Shown here piece after piece: positions 11,660 to 24,545 of a DNA stretch of 53,357 nucleotides; the first letter of the stretch is position 1, and the number at the start of each line of letters is the position of its first letter. The DNA is from Octopus bimaculoides (Eukaryota), in contig NC_068990.1 of NCBI RefSeq assembly GCF_001194135.2, positions 51,314,482 to 51,367,838 on the forward strand. The letters run 5' to 3'. Below the pieces are notes generated by a model, which had not been told where the DNA came from, did no database searches, and worked only from the letters and a program-made list of their open reading frames with translations. Both the position numbers and the translations under genes were made by a program.

Positions 11660-12330
11660 TTGGTACGTTTGCGTCCCTGTAATTTAGCTGGTCAGCCGAA
11701 GAGACTGATAAAATGAGAAAATACCGGTTGAGGCAAATGCATTCAAACTTTTTCAAATGTTTGTCCTTGAGCCTTATTAATTGACATTGAAAATACAAGT
11801 CGAAGTGGAAACTGAAGTCCGTTTTGTGTGAATGGAATATTTGCATCATTTGGGCTAAGTTTCATTCTGGGAATTAGAACTGTACGACCTCTGTTGGCGC
11901 CTTTTACCAATGATGCCTCTACACAATGTTCATGAAGTCTTTGCACTTTCATGCGAGCTTCCCTTACATAATCCTTGACTGATCGAAAGATTTCTTAGCA
12001 GCATTACAATAGCCCCTACTTTTAAGTTGAGGCGATGAGGAGGCATACCGGATGGAGTGAGTTTATGAATTCAAATGGATAGATCTGAACAACCTCTTCA
12101 TTATTGCAGGACACTGAATCTATGCTTAAGTAAGTGATAAGTGCCTCTGGGATAATATTAAGAACGTTTTCATTTATTGCAAGACAGTCAGAATTTTTAG
12201 GAGATAAAATCACTCGTTTTTCCATTTCTTCTGGCGTGCAGTGGTTGAAAATTTCTGGGTACAAATGTACAAATTGAAATGCAAAAAAACGAAATAAATG
12301 GATTTATGAACGAAAGTTTGGTAGTTGCGC
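11660..12330 (-). pseudogene. Helitron PIF1-like helicase C-terminal remnant
   Basis: KRVILSPKNSDCLAINENVL, YPFEFINSL, GRTVLIPRMKLSPNDANIPF..QFPLRLVFSMSINKAQGQTFEKV and GMHLPQPVFSH, in collinear broken frames. Confidence 0.9.
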
Positions 12331-12402
12331 TTATTTCCATCATGCGACACCTATTATTGCAAACATGTTTTAACTAACTTATACAATACACACACACAAA
12401 TA

Positions 12403-12465
<63 letters not shown>

Positions 12466-12769
12466 CGTATCTGTAATTCAATGGGGCCAACCTTGTCATA
12501 TTCTGTGTGAGGCTGAATCTCCCTGAGAACAATGTTAATGTTATGCAGTCTGTGGAGTACTCAGCCATTTATGAGTTAATTTTATCCTCATGTGGTAATG
12601 AAAATTAAAATTGAGAGCCGATATTTGCTGTGTCTATGTATCTAGGTATGAACTGTCTCTCTCACTTTCTCTATTTCTCATTTACTTCCTTTGTGTTCCT
12701 CTTCTCTCCCGCTTTTGATTTAACAATGTGTATATGTATCTATGTATCTACTTCTTTTGCGATGTGATA

Positions 12770-12929
12770 AACATTTAAAAACACAAAACGAACGTCATCA
12801 CCACTCACTGTCTCTTTCACCCTTTCTCTTTCTCTTTCACTTTTTCTCTCTCTCTCACTCTCTTTCTTTCTCTTACGTCCTCTGAAACATTTAAAAGCAA
12901 AATGAACGCCGTCAGCACTCACTGTCTCT
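12770..12929 (+). repeat. ~115 bp tandem unit with CT-rich spacer running into an assembly gap
   Basis: aaacatttaaaaacacaaaacgaacgtcatcaccactcactgtctct (~12770) recurs as aaacatttaaaagcaaaatgaacgccgtcagcactcactgtctct (~12885). Confidence 0.6.
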
Positions 12930-13759
12930 NNNNNNNNNNNNNNNNNNNNNNNNNNNNNNNNNNNNNNNNNNNNNNNNNNNNNNNNNNNNNNNNNNNNNNN
13001 NNNNNNNNNNNNNNNNNNNNNNNNNNNNNNNNNNNNNNNNNNNNNNNNNNNNNNNNNNNNNNNNNNNNNNNNNNNNNNNNNNNNNNNNNNNNNNNNNNNN
13101 NNNNNNNNNNNNNNNNNNNNNNNNNNNNNNNNNNNNNNNNNNNNNNNNNNNNNNNNNNNNNNNNNNNNNNNNNNNNNNNNNNNNNNNNNNNNNNNNNNNN
13201 NNNNNNNNNNNNNNNNNNNNNNNNNNNNNNNNNNNNNNNNNNNNNNNNNNNNNNNNNNNNNNNNNNNNNNNNNNNNNNNNNNNNNNNNNNNNNNNNNNNN
13301 NNNNNNNNNNNNNNNNNNNNNNNNNNNNNNNNNNNNNNNNNNNNNNNNNNNNNNNNNNNNNNNNNNNNNNNNNNNNNNNNNNNNNNNNNNNNNNNNNNNN
13401 NNNNNNNNNNNNNNNNNNNNNNNNNNNNNNNNNNNNNNNNNNNNNNNNNNNNNNNNNNNNNNNNNNNNNNNNNNNNNNNNNNNNNNNNNNNNNNNNNNNN
13501 NNNNNNNNNNNNNNNNNNNNNNNNNNNNNNNNNNNNNNNNNNNNNNNNNNNNNNNNNNNNNNNNNNNNNNNNNNNNNNNNNNNNNNNNNNNNNNNNNNNN
13601 NGAAGAAAATGAAGGCTGTTCTTTGGACAGTCTTTCAAATCAATATTTCCCTGCTCTCACCACCACGATTGCTCCTACACCGGAGAGGGAAGAAGAGAGA
13701 AGGAACAAGATGACTACCAGTGAGACCAACACCAGCAACACCACCAAGACCAACACAAG

Positions 13760-15280
13760 CAACAACAAGTAGACCAACTGTAACGGTTTCGCATCCGCAG
13801 CAAAGCAAAGCTCGGAGGAAATCGATGTCACAATGGACGAAATAAAGAATGCAAAGGAGTTGTTAAGGAAGGATGGAAACAATGTCTTCCTTAACACTCC
13901 AGAACAACTGATAAATGACACAAACAAAAGGACCATCATGTACAAAATTTTCAACATGAAACAAAAAAGTAGACGGGGCATCTCCACAGCAGTTCGAGAT
14001 AGCTCTAAAGCCGATATGGGCAGAGAAATCGTATGTGACCGAGGGTAAGTGATTCGATACTATAGAAGTTCGCTTCCAGCTGAAAAGGACGCAAAGCAGC
14101 ATTCCACAGTACCCCTAGAGACTAAGGATTTGCTGCTCGTATCGACATACCTTGGTCGGCGCGTTACAAAAATAAAAATAGAGCAAGTGTCACCCGAACT
14201 CAATATATGCTGGCTAGTGGTAGCTTTCCTCTTAGACATAGAGGACACTGCTACAATTCTAGAAGTGCATAAATTGCACAGTCAAAACTGGTCGGGTATG
14301 GGTATGCAGCTTTTCGTTCAAATTGAACAAGAAAGCATAAATGCCATACCCAACTCCATAAATTTGTCAGACGGCACAAGGCTGCATGTTGCTGTGGAAG
14401 GGCGACGACCAAAGTGCTACATTTGCAGCAGCGAAAAGCACTTAAAATTCGATTGCCCCATATACAAGGAGAGAATGGAGGCGGAAAGAAGGAAGAAGGA
14501 GCCAGTGTCAGAAATATCTCCAGTGCAGTAGCAGCAGCAACAATATCAACAACAGGAGATGCAGCGGAGGCAGAGAACAAAAGCTTTCGCACCACCAACG
14601 ACAAAAGCGACACCGCCTCCAGCCATCACCAGACCAATACTGACATCGATGACACCGGACGGGATAAATATACCACCACCACCACCACCACCAAAAACAG
14701 CACCACATTGAACAGCAGTAGCACCACCAGAAACAACAAGTGAAGCTACACTAGAAAGAGTTGAAACGGACCCCAATGACCAAATCAGCTCGGACAGTGC
14801 GAGCATTGATAGCGAGAAGGGGGAGTGGCACACAGTGCCACCAAAAAAGAAAACGAAAGAGACAACCGACAAAGTGGGGAGGCGCGAGAAAGTAGATCTT
14901 CCCAACAACAGCAACAACATGCACTCACAACATTCAACAGCACCTTCTCCAGCACTACCACCGCAAACACCAACACAAATTACAACACACTGAGACAATA
15001 CCACCACCATCACCACCACCACCACCAATACAAACATCATGGCAATAAACACAAATAATGAAAATCTAGTAACGTACAGACACAACAATGGCAGATTTCG
15101 TCATACCCACACACAACACACCACCAGTACACATACTCAGTTTCAGACTAGCACGAGAAAACTACGAGATAATAAAGAACAAATATCCAGATGATGTTGG
15201 GTCGCTCGGGAAAAGTTTCTCTAGAAAAATATACAAGAATCTGGTGGAAATACCCACGTGAAAGCATAAGGGAGCCACCC
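13760..15280 (+). pseudogene. Tx1-type ORF1 (Gag-like, CX2CX4HX4C knuckle), disrupted
   Basis: 14049..14531: HSTVPLETKDLLLVSTYLGRRVTKIKI..QNWSGMG..RLHVAVEGRRPKCYICSSEKHLKFDCP, followed by a low-complexity Thr/Ser/Pro region. Stops and frameshifts present. Confidence 0.85.
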
Positions 15281-15334
15281 CACCAAACAACGACAGTAAG
15301 TAGAGCTTTTTCTCCTCTTTAAATCTTTTTCGAC

Positions 15335-17200
15335 ATGGTAGTGCTTAGAATCGGGAGCATAAATGTCAGGGGCCGCGGGTCGCCTTGGAAACAAGGTCAC
15401 CTCTTAAACGACCTGAGGTCTAACAGTGTGGATGTAGCAGCCATTAGCGAAACCATGCTCTCCGATCCGCGGGAACTCACAGTCCTTTTCGGCGGATACG
15501 AGATTTTTCTATCTCTGTTTCGGCCGGGAGCGGGCAGTGGTGGTACTACGGTGTTATTCAGCAAAGGCCTGGATTTGAAAATAAAGGCAGTCTTCTTGGA
15601 TCTAGAGGGTAAGCTGGCGGTCCTGGATGTGAACAGTAGTAACAGTGGTGCCTTCAGACTGGTGGCTGCCTACGCTCCAACAAGGACAGGGCAGTCGGAT
15701 TATTTCAAGCATCTGGAGGTTTTCCTGGGTACGTCTCGCACTTTAGTGCTAGCAGGGGATTAGAACGCTGTCTTAGACGAACGTTTCGATCGAGTGGGCA
15801 TGGGAGCTTCTGACAGGAGAGTGGGGTGAAAAAGGCTCACGAACTTGCTCAGACACTTTCAACTGTCTGACAGATATCGATTACCTAACACGAATGTGCC
15901 AATGTGGACTTGGACAAATCGCATCGGGTCGTCTAGATTGTACTGTAGGCCAGCGCATCAGGACAGCATTGGGTGTCCACAATTCCATGTAATCGTCTAC
16001 ACAGACCACAAATTCGTGATCTGTATGGTGGACTTAGATAGGCTCCATAGACGGGGTCTCGGTTACTGGAAGTTAAACGCGCCGTTAACGGCGTGCAAAG
16101 TTTATAGAGGCCGGATTAGCTTATAAGTAAAGCGGGCGTTGACGGGGGCCATCGTCAACAACAACTGGTGGTTTGTTCTTAAAAGGGCAATTAAGGCATT
16201 AGCGGTAGAAAGAAATAGAATAGAGGGAGTTTAAGTTAGAAAGTTAGATGAGGTGCATAGGATAGGCATCGCAACCGACATTTTGGCATCAAAGTTGGCC
16301 CTCGACTAATTTGTCGACGCCAAAAACGTAGGCTGCGTTGTCAGAGCTAAGGAACGTTCGGTAAGCGGGGAAGAGACTAAGGACGCTCGATGGGCCCCGT
16401 GGCGGAGGAGAAGCGTGGCAATAAGGCGACCATTCGGTCTTTGGTGGACCAGAGCGCGATTCAAGTGCTTGAATCGAAGCAGGTGTGTGCTGCCGTTCAG
16501 CAGCACTTTGCTCGACTGTTTGGGACGAGCGGTGGGACGGACAACGGGACAGACTTCGGTGCGTACCTGGACGGATTGCCGCGACTCTCGGCAAACGAGG
16601 TGGAGTGCTGCGAAAGAACGATAACTGCCTGGGAAGTACAGGAAGTGATAAAAAGCTGCACGAGAGGTAGATCGCCGGGTATGGATGGTCTGCCCTACGA
16701 GTTTTACATTTCAATGCCAGACTTGTTTGCGGGCCTCTTGGCGGACGTCTACGGCAACTGGCAACGAAACGGGAGAATTCCTACTTTTGTATGTCGAAAG
16801 ACCCAAACAAGGGAGACATGATAGAGAACTTTAGGCCCATCACTCTGCTCAATGCAGAGTTGAAGATTTTGGCCAAGGTGTTAGCCAACATGTTGGTGCT
16901 TGTTGTGGACAAGCTGATCGGCAAGGCGCACACATGCGCCGTCCTGACCAGGTCTATCCACAACAACCTCCATCTCATGCGCTACATCATAGAGAGGGTG
17001 AGTAACGAAGCTGGCCCGGGTGGGGCAGACACTTTTCTCTTTGGCCAAGGCCTCATCAACTTTTTCAAGGTCAACTTGAAAAGGCAGGTGAGCGTAGAGA
17101 GGGAAGTGTTGTCTAGTCGTAAATTTTGTGAAAGGTAGGCAAATGTCGGAACAATGGCCAGTATGGACAAACCTATTCTGAGATTAAACCTGTAAAAAAT
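15335..17200 (+). pseudogene. Tx1-type ORF2: APE endonuclease + RT N-terminus joined directly to the C-terminal tail
   Basis: IGSINVRG, AAISET, VAAYAP, LVLAGD*N, WTWT, YTDHK (APE); GRSPGMDGLPYEFY, NFRPITLLNAELKILAKVLA (RT). No KAFD, QG or YADD motifs before LINFFKVNLKRQVSVEREVL. Confidence 0.9.
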
Positions 17201-17443
17201 GGTATAAAACGAAGAAAGAGCTGTCGCCCTGTTGACCAGGCACCCGTGGCTTTTATGGGTTTTTCCACGAGTAACTTTCAAAGCGCCCCCCCCCCATTGG
17301 GTTTTTGTTTTACTTGTTACATTTTCGTTGTTATCAAATGTTTACACGAACCTTCCTTTTTGCAAAATCTTTTGTTTCATCGTCCTGTGTTTGTCCTTAC
17401 ATGTTTTTGATTTATATTAGCCCTTGTGGCCAATAAAACAAGA

Positions 17444-17444
<1 letters not shown>

Positions 17445-17477
<33 letters not shown>

Positions 17478-20400
17478 GTTCAGTAGTTTTATNNNNNNNN
17501 NNNNNNNNNNNNNNNNNNNNNNNNNNNNNNNNNNNNNNNNNNNNNNNNNNNNNNNNNNNNNNNNNNNNNNNNNNNNNNNNNNNNNNNNNNNNNNNNNNNN
17601 NNNNNNNNNNNNNNNNNNNNNNNNNNNNNNNNNNNNNNNNNNNNNNNNNNNNNNNNNNNNNNNNNNNNNNNNNNNNNNNNNNNNNNNNNNNNNNNNNNNN
17701 NNNNNNNNNNNNNNNNNNNNNNNNNNNNNNNNNNNNNNNNNNNNNNNNNNNNNNNNNNNNNNNNNNNNNNNNNNNNNNNNNNNNNNNNNNNNNNNNNNNN
17801 NNNNNNNNNNNNNNNNNNNNNNNNNNNNNNNNNNNNNNNNNNNNNNNNNNNNNNNNNNNNNNNNNNNNNNNNNNNNNNNNNNNNNNNNNNNNNNNNNNNN
17901 NNNNNNNNNNNNNNNNNNNNNNNNNNNNNNNNNNNNNNNNNNNNNNNNNNNNNNNNNNNNNNNNNNNNNNNNNNNNNNNNNNNNNNNNNNNNNNNNNNNN
18001 NNNNNNNNNNNNNNNNNNNNNNNNNNNNNNNNNNNNNNNNNNNNNNNNNNNNNNNNNNNNNNNNNNNNNNNNNNNNNNNNNNNNNNNNNNNNNNNNNNNN
18101 NNNNNNNNNNNNNNNNNNNNNNNNNNNNNNNNNNNNNNNNNNNNNNNNNNNNNNNNNNNNNNNNNNNNNNNNNNNNNNNNNNNNNNNNNNNNNNNNNNNN
18201 NNNNNNNNNNNNNNNNNNNNNNNNNNNNNNNNNNNNNNNNNNNNNNNNNNNNNNNNNNNNNNNNNNNNNNNNNNNNNNNNNNNNNNNNNNNNNNNNNNNN
18301 NNNNNNCTTCTTCTTCTTCTTCTTCTTCTTCTTCTTCTTCTTCTTCTTCTTCTTCTTCGTATTTGTTAGGTAGATTGATTTCTTGTTTGTATTTGTCAGC
18401 TTCCTTAAATACTGAAAACAGTTTTTTGTTTTGCTCGTGTTTTGTGGCTATTTGTATTTGTTTTCCTTGCTTCTGGAGTAGGTATTTTTGCAGTCCTATG
18501 GTGGTTATTTTATAATAGTTTTCGAGCTGTATAAGCCCCATGCCACCTTCTGTGCGTTGTATATATAGTCTTTCTATGTCAGATTTTGGGTGGTGCATCC
18601 TATATCATGTCATTATTTTTCTCGTTTTCCAGTCTATTTTAGTTCGTTTAGCGTCCAGTTAAGGATATTCTAGCTGTAACTTATAACTGGGACAGCTAAA
18701 GTGTTAATACCTATTATCTTGTTTTTAGCATTGAGCTCTGCTTTTAGTATTGATCTAACTCGTCTATAGTACTCTTTCTCTATTTTTTCTTCCATTTGTG
18801 TGTTGTATCCTATCTAGTTCATTGGCTCCTAAATATTTGTAAGTCTGGCTTTCGTCTAGTTCTCTTATTTCATTGGCTTAATTAGTGTGATGTCGCTACT
18901 TTTAACTAATTTTCCTCTTTTCAGGGTTGCTTTGGCACATTTTTCTAATCCGAATTTCATATCTATTTCCTTGGTAAAGCCGTGTACTGTCTGTTGTAGT
19001 GTTTCCAGCTCTTTGTCATTTCTGGTGTATAATTTTAGGTCATCCATATATAAAAGGTTGCTGACTGTTTTTCCGTAACATTTGTATCCGCATCCTGTTC
19101 TATTTAGCAATTCAGTTAAAGGTGTGAGTGCCAGGCAGAACAGGAGTGGAGAGAGCGTGTCTCCCTGGAATATTCCTCTTCTAATGGGGATGGCTTTCGT
19201 TTTCACAAGTCCCTCTTTTGTTTGTAGCTGTAGCACTGTCTGCCATTTCTTCATGGAGTGCCTTATGTATTTTATAATAATTGGTGCCACCTTGTTTATA
19301 GCTAGTGTATCGAGAATCTACGTGTGGGGAACACTGTCGAAAGCCTTTTGGTAGTCCACCCAGGCCATACTGAGGCCTTTCTTCTTTCTGCGGCTGTCTT
19401 CAGTTATGGCTTTATTGATCACTAATTGATCTTTACAGCCGTATGAGCCCTTGCAGCATCCCTTCTGCTCTTCTGGAAACAGGTTGTTATTTCCAGGTGC
19501 TTACTCAACCTCTGCGATATTATTGCAGTAAAGGCTTTGTAGATCGTAGGGAGACAGGTTATAGGTCTGTAGTTTTGTGGTTTCTCCGTTTCCGTGGATT
19601 TGGGAATTAAGATGGTTTTCCCTTTCGTGAGCCATTCAAGCATTGGCTCTGGCTCTGCTGGTATGTTGTTAAAGTTTTCTGCCAGATTTTTGTGCATTCC
19701 TGTCAGGTGTTTTAACGAGAAGTTGGCGATCTTATGCCCAGGTGCCTTCCAGTTGCTTAGTCTTTGTAGTGTCTGGGTGATCTCTTCAGTTGTTATAGGG
19801 GTCCAGATTTGCTCAGGTGCTAAGTTCGTTGTTTTAATGGTCCTTTTCTGGGGTTGTTACTTCACCGACCATATTTGTTTCCAAAATTCTTCCACCTCTT
19901 CTGCTGTTGGTACTGCAGTAATGTCTATTTTATTTTTACCCAGTTCTTGGTAGAGTTTTTGGGGTTGGATTTGAACTGTTTGTTTTGTTCAAAGAAACGT
20001 TGGCGTTTCTCATACAGGCGGATCCTTTGTACTTTGGCAGGGATATCTTGCTTTAGCTTTTCTTTTGCCTCAGGTAAGTCTTTTTCTGTAATGTTGTATT
20101 TGTACAGGATTTTTGTTTTCTTCTTGTTACTTAGTTGTGTTGATTGTCTACTAATTTCGTTGAGAATAGATAAATCTTTTCTCTTTTTTTAAATTTTGTT
20201 TTGGATATTATTTATCCACAAGTCTGTTTGGGTGGTAGAACTCCTGTTCGGATGGGTTTGAGTGAGTATCCTGCTTCTTTTGTGGCTGCAGTGGCTGCCG
20301 CATATATTATGTCATTTAGCTCAGTGATATTGCCAGTTGTTTCTGTGGTTGTTAGTTCCGTGACGGCCAGGTTTATGCTACTTATTATTGATGTTGTTTT

Positions 20401-21060
20401 ATTGTCTATTTTGATTTTTGGGAGATATAATCTGTGGTCCATTCTAAGATCTGTGGTTTTCAGTTTAGTTTGGATTTTCAGGGAATTTCGAGATATAATT
20501 TTTCTAGTTTCTAAATTCAAGAAATTTTACATTGTTGGTAGGCGTACATACTGGCGATACAATTATTTCTTCAGCTCCAAGGTGTTTAAGGTCTATTTTC
20601 GTGAAATTCTGTCTTTTTGAGTTTTAGATTTCTATAATACTTCGTCGGTGTCAGATGGAATCTAGGTATGATTTCGTTTTGTGATTCTGTCTTGTTTGCG
20701 TAGTCACTGGCGACTGATTTTCGGAAAATATCTAGCAAGAAAAGTTACTCAATGTAGCAATATAGTAAATAAGTTAAGTTTGTTATTGTGCCGTGCCATG
20801 TTGTGTGTAATTGTTGTTGCAGTTGCTGACGTTGCTTATCTTTCTCTGTATATTGTATCTCATTGTTTGCTTTGCTGTTTATGTTGGGGACAAATGTTTG
20901 TCAATTTGTTGTTGTTTAGATATTTTTTGTTTATTTGCCAAATCACCGCTGACTGTCTTGTCTGAGATGAATGTAGTCTTGGTTACTGGGCGGTCAGTGT
21001 TCAAGTAGCAACAGTTTTTTCTTGCTTTGCTGCTATTATCTAATTGTTGAATTAATTCTG
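17445..21060 (-). mobile_element. Near full-length R4/Dong-like RLE non-LTR retrotransposon (disrupted; RLE region in gap)
   Basis: Collinear minus ORFs: ITELNDIIYAAATAAT (20212-20520), NYRPITCLPTIYK (19422-19697), RRGIFQGDTLSPLLFCLAL..LLYMDDLKLY..FGLEKC (18865-19290), HHPKSDIERLYIQRTEGGMGLIQLE (to 18598). The 3' end aaaactactgaac(AAT)n matches 273-290. Confidence 0.93.
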
Positions 21061-21074
21061 TTTTTTTTTTCTCG

Positions 21075-22600
21075 CCGAATATAGAGAAGGGAATTTTCTG
21101 ATGACTTTTATAGGTTGTTCGAGACCAGTGAACTTGGTGCCAGTAATGTTCCATTTCAATTACTGCGGGTAAACGCCGGCAGGGGAGAAGGTTTCGGAAG
21201 GATAAATATTCTGGGAGGGAAACAGAGGGCTTAGCGGTTATTACAGGGAGGGGCTGACTAAAGGTGAAAAGTGAGTGGGTAGAGATACATGAATATGGGA
21301 GGGACGAGATCAGCAAAAACTGAGGAACAGACAACATCATAGTAGCAAAAGAATTGAAGGAGAGAGAGGAAACAACACGCTTGTGGGTCTACTTGTGATT
21401 AAATTTCATCTAATTGAGTGGATGGTTTCTGGATGCAATCTTGGACGTCTGTGTGTGTGACAGTAGCACGGTGTCAAATTTGGGAGCGGCATTCTACTGT
21501 GGGCTTCACTTGAAACATGTAGAATGTCATTAGCTGTTCAGGGCTGAAATATTTTCTGGCCCTGAAGAGAAGTGCCACTTTTGGGAATGTAGTCCTAGCT
21601 ATGCCAAGGCTGTGCTTTCACCAGGACAGGAAATATCTTCGGCGATAGTATGTTCCAGTATTTGTAGCGAACGTGGGTGCTGTAAGTGCCATTGATATCT
21701 ATTTATAGTAGATGGGTATTTTATTGATATGAATGCTCAAGATATTTGGTGGTTGTTCAAAAAGATATGATTGACATAGCACCCACTGGAGGATACTCTG
21801 AAGGTCTCCATTCGTAAATCAAGTTAGAAGGGTGTGATATCTAGGTTATCTGTAGATGATATATAGTTGGGGCAGGATAAGAAGAAATGAGGGATCATAT
21901 TGTTAACTTCATAAGAGAGTTGCGATATGACAGCAAGTAGGTCATTGACTATAGAAGGAAAAGAGGGTGGGGAGGAGCACAGCAATACTTTCAAATGCAT
22001 TCAATGCATAACTGAGAATTTGAGAATAAAATCAATAAATTCCTGAGTTTATCTACGATATTGACCTTACTATTTTTCCTGTGTTGAGTTATTTTTCTGA
22101 AGTATTTATGAACAGGGTGAACTGGTAAAGGTCATGTGATATTTATGATAGCTGTTTGTGGGCGGTGTATTGTGATAGACATTTCTTTGTCTGGACGGTA
22201 TGCTAAGGTAGATTGTTCTTTATATGTGTGCTGTAGAGATGGTTATGTATATGGGGAATTATCGTGGTAGATGATGAGATATGCTGATGGAAGTTGAATA
22301 GTTATGAGTCTGGGAGATTGTTATTAACGTGGGTAATGTGCTGTGATAGGCGTGGGCAATGACCAAGAAGTTTGATGTATCTAGGGTGCAATGCTTATCA
22401 ATGTATGTTATGTATTGATGGCCTTAGTGCACTGTTCCCCCCCCCCACATGAGGTAGATGATAGATGGTAGATAGTTAGTTATGTGTGTAATGGTGTGTG
22501 ACGGTAGAAAGTATTTTATGGTGATGATGTTTTATGATGGATGCTTAGTTATATTTACAATGTCATAAGAGGTCAACGGTATAGTTTGTTCAATCGTTAG
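21075..22600 (-). pseudogene. Ancient L2/Jockey-group LINE RT remnant
   Basis: Minus frames: IISTDNLDIT (YADD-like), DLQSILQW, PKVALLFRARKYFSPEQLMTFYMFQVKPTVECRSQI, DLVPP and NLLP. Ends at an A-run (21061-21070) abutting the Dong element. Confidence 0.62.
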
Positions 22601-24084
22601 TAATACGAATGTAGCATCGTGACAAATAATAGTTATTTATAACATAATCAGATGGCCTGAAAATTATGAAGTGTGTCAGTCAATTGTGGATCTCTGCAGG
22701 TGACTGATACTTTATTTTATTGACACTGCAAAGTTGACCTCAACGGGATTTAAATTCAAAACATTATGAACACAAATATCGTAAGACATTAATTCGTGCC
22801 TTATGACGACTTATTTATTCTAGCAGTCCATTGCTCAACAATGTGATACATGAGGATTATGGAATTAGTTTGGTGAGATATAGTTTAACGAGGATGTTCT
22901 TATATATGTGGTTGACCATTGAATGATGTATTATTAGATATATTTATGTTGTATTAGAATTAGACGTAGTATTCAGTATTAAATGCCTACTTTGTGCTAT
23001 TGATGGTTTATTTTAGTGAATAATAAGTTATGTTGTTTAGTGAGTTTGGCAATATATTCTTGGAAATGGCTATTTATACAAAATGTTGCAGTAACTTGCT
23101 TAGGTATTGCCTGTGAAATTGGACTCCATATTAGCACTAATTCATTAAAGACTTTCCAACCCTAAATATGTCGTACTTTATTCAGGCATAATGTATCTAA
23201 GCATACACCATCTGATGCCTACTTATTTTAACATCTTCAAGGTGTGATTCGAAGCAAGTTAATACTTCTAGATGGTCAGATGCTACGTAGGCTCTCTTTC
23301 GAAGGGTCGTTTTTAACTGTTTCTGTTGTTAATCCTGCAGGTTAATCCTAGCAGACATGTTAATTCCACCCGTGACGATTTCACATTTAGAAGGATATTG
23401 GACTTAGGTATCGAATAATCTTTTTCCTATTTTCATGTGTGGTTTGAAAGATCTGGACTTTTATTTCTAGCAGGATGAACAACTGCATAATTACTCTTCC
23501 GTGGTCTGTAACTACGGCGTACAGAAAAGGTGGTAGAAGAGAATAGAGTGGGTAAACGAACTGATGTGCTTGTTAACATCTCGTTTGATTCCTGGAATTC
23601 GTTATTCCGGCATAGCTATTAACCTTCGTATCGTCTGGGACCAACAAACTAATTAATATAAGTAACATAATGGAAACATGCCAGTTTATTTGATATAAAT
23701 ATCCATGTTTCGTGTCTATTAAAGAATTACAGCAAACACATTGTTTAGATGTGTCGGAGAAAGGCAGCCACAATATCGATCGCTAAACATCAGATTCATA
23801 CAACGACACATTTTAAATGGTAATTTTCCAGTGTGTACAGACGACGAACAAATAGTAGCAACACTGCTTTGTAGGTTGTTAAATCTATCTATATATCTAT
23901 CACACACATGCGTACACATACACACATACACTTATACATATACATACATACATACATACATGCATACATACATACATACATACCCTGTTGATGTTGAAAT
24001 TCCAATGAAGGAACCTTAGATCTAGGTTAGAAACCGACTCTTTCTCTGTTGGCAAGAAACGTTTAAATAAAACTGAATAATGAC

Positions 24085-24545
24085 ATACATACATACATGC
24101 ATGCATACATACATACATACATACATACATACATGGTGGTTGTCTACCCCTCATGCAGAGTTTGACCACCTCCTGTACCTACACCTTAGTACCATCATGG
24201 CATCTGATGTGGCTTTTTAAACCAGACAATGTTCTGAAAAGACACCCACATAGATTGCACTTCCGATTTGGACTACCAAGAGCTGCAGATAAGTTCTGCT
24301 CTTTGTGGATCTTAAAATATCTTTTGAGGCCTCCATTGGATTTGCAAACATTCTGGCATACACTGCATTCAAATGTGTGCACAGACATATAGTCAGAATA
24401 GTTGGTGGAGGTTCGTTTTCCATGCGTTCGCAGATGAGATTTGAGGCCAGCAAAAGACAGGCATGGTCTGTCACAGACTGTACATACAAAAAGGTCATTG
24501 TCATTCATTTTCCTGCTCGTTATATTCTTTCTTAGATATCTTTTG
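24085..24545 (-). mobile_element. 3' end of an RTE-like LINE encoding three C2H2 zinc fingers, (ATGT)n tail
   Basis: CTVCDRPCLSFAGLKSHLRTH, CSVCQNVCKSNGGLKRYFKIH and CNLCGCLFRTLSGLKSHIRCH, then a short 3' end ..gaggggtagacaaccacc(ATGT)n. Same architecture as the RTE end at 38380-38790. Confidence 0.75.

Larger units (their letters stand above)
13602..17478 (+). mobile_element. Tx1/L1-group LINE: ORF1 + ORF2 (APE, truncated RT) + 3'UTR + (TTA)n tail
   Basis: ORF1 with CCHC knuckle, ORF2 with APE and RT N-terminal motifs, and a T-rich 3'UTR ending gcccttgtggccaataaaacaagaa(TTA)n. The 5' end is hidden in the gap. Confidence 0.9.

Noticed and set aside
20879-21340. 153 aa minus-strand ORF as a Dong ORF1
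   Set aside because: Chimeric off-frame read across the 3' end of the L2-like LINE and the 5' edge of the Dong element.
23341-23407. Candidate exons with AG/GT boundaries (also ~30550-30659)
   Set aside because: Such boundaries are frequent by chance, and the peptides match nothing I recognise.
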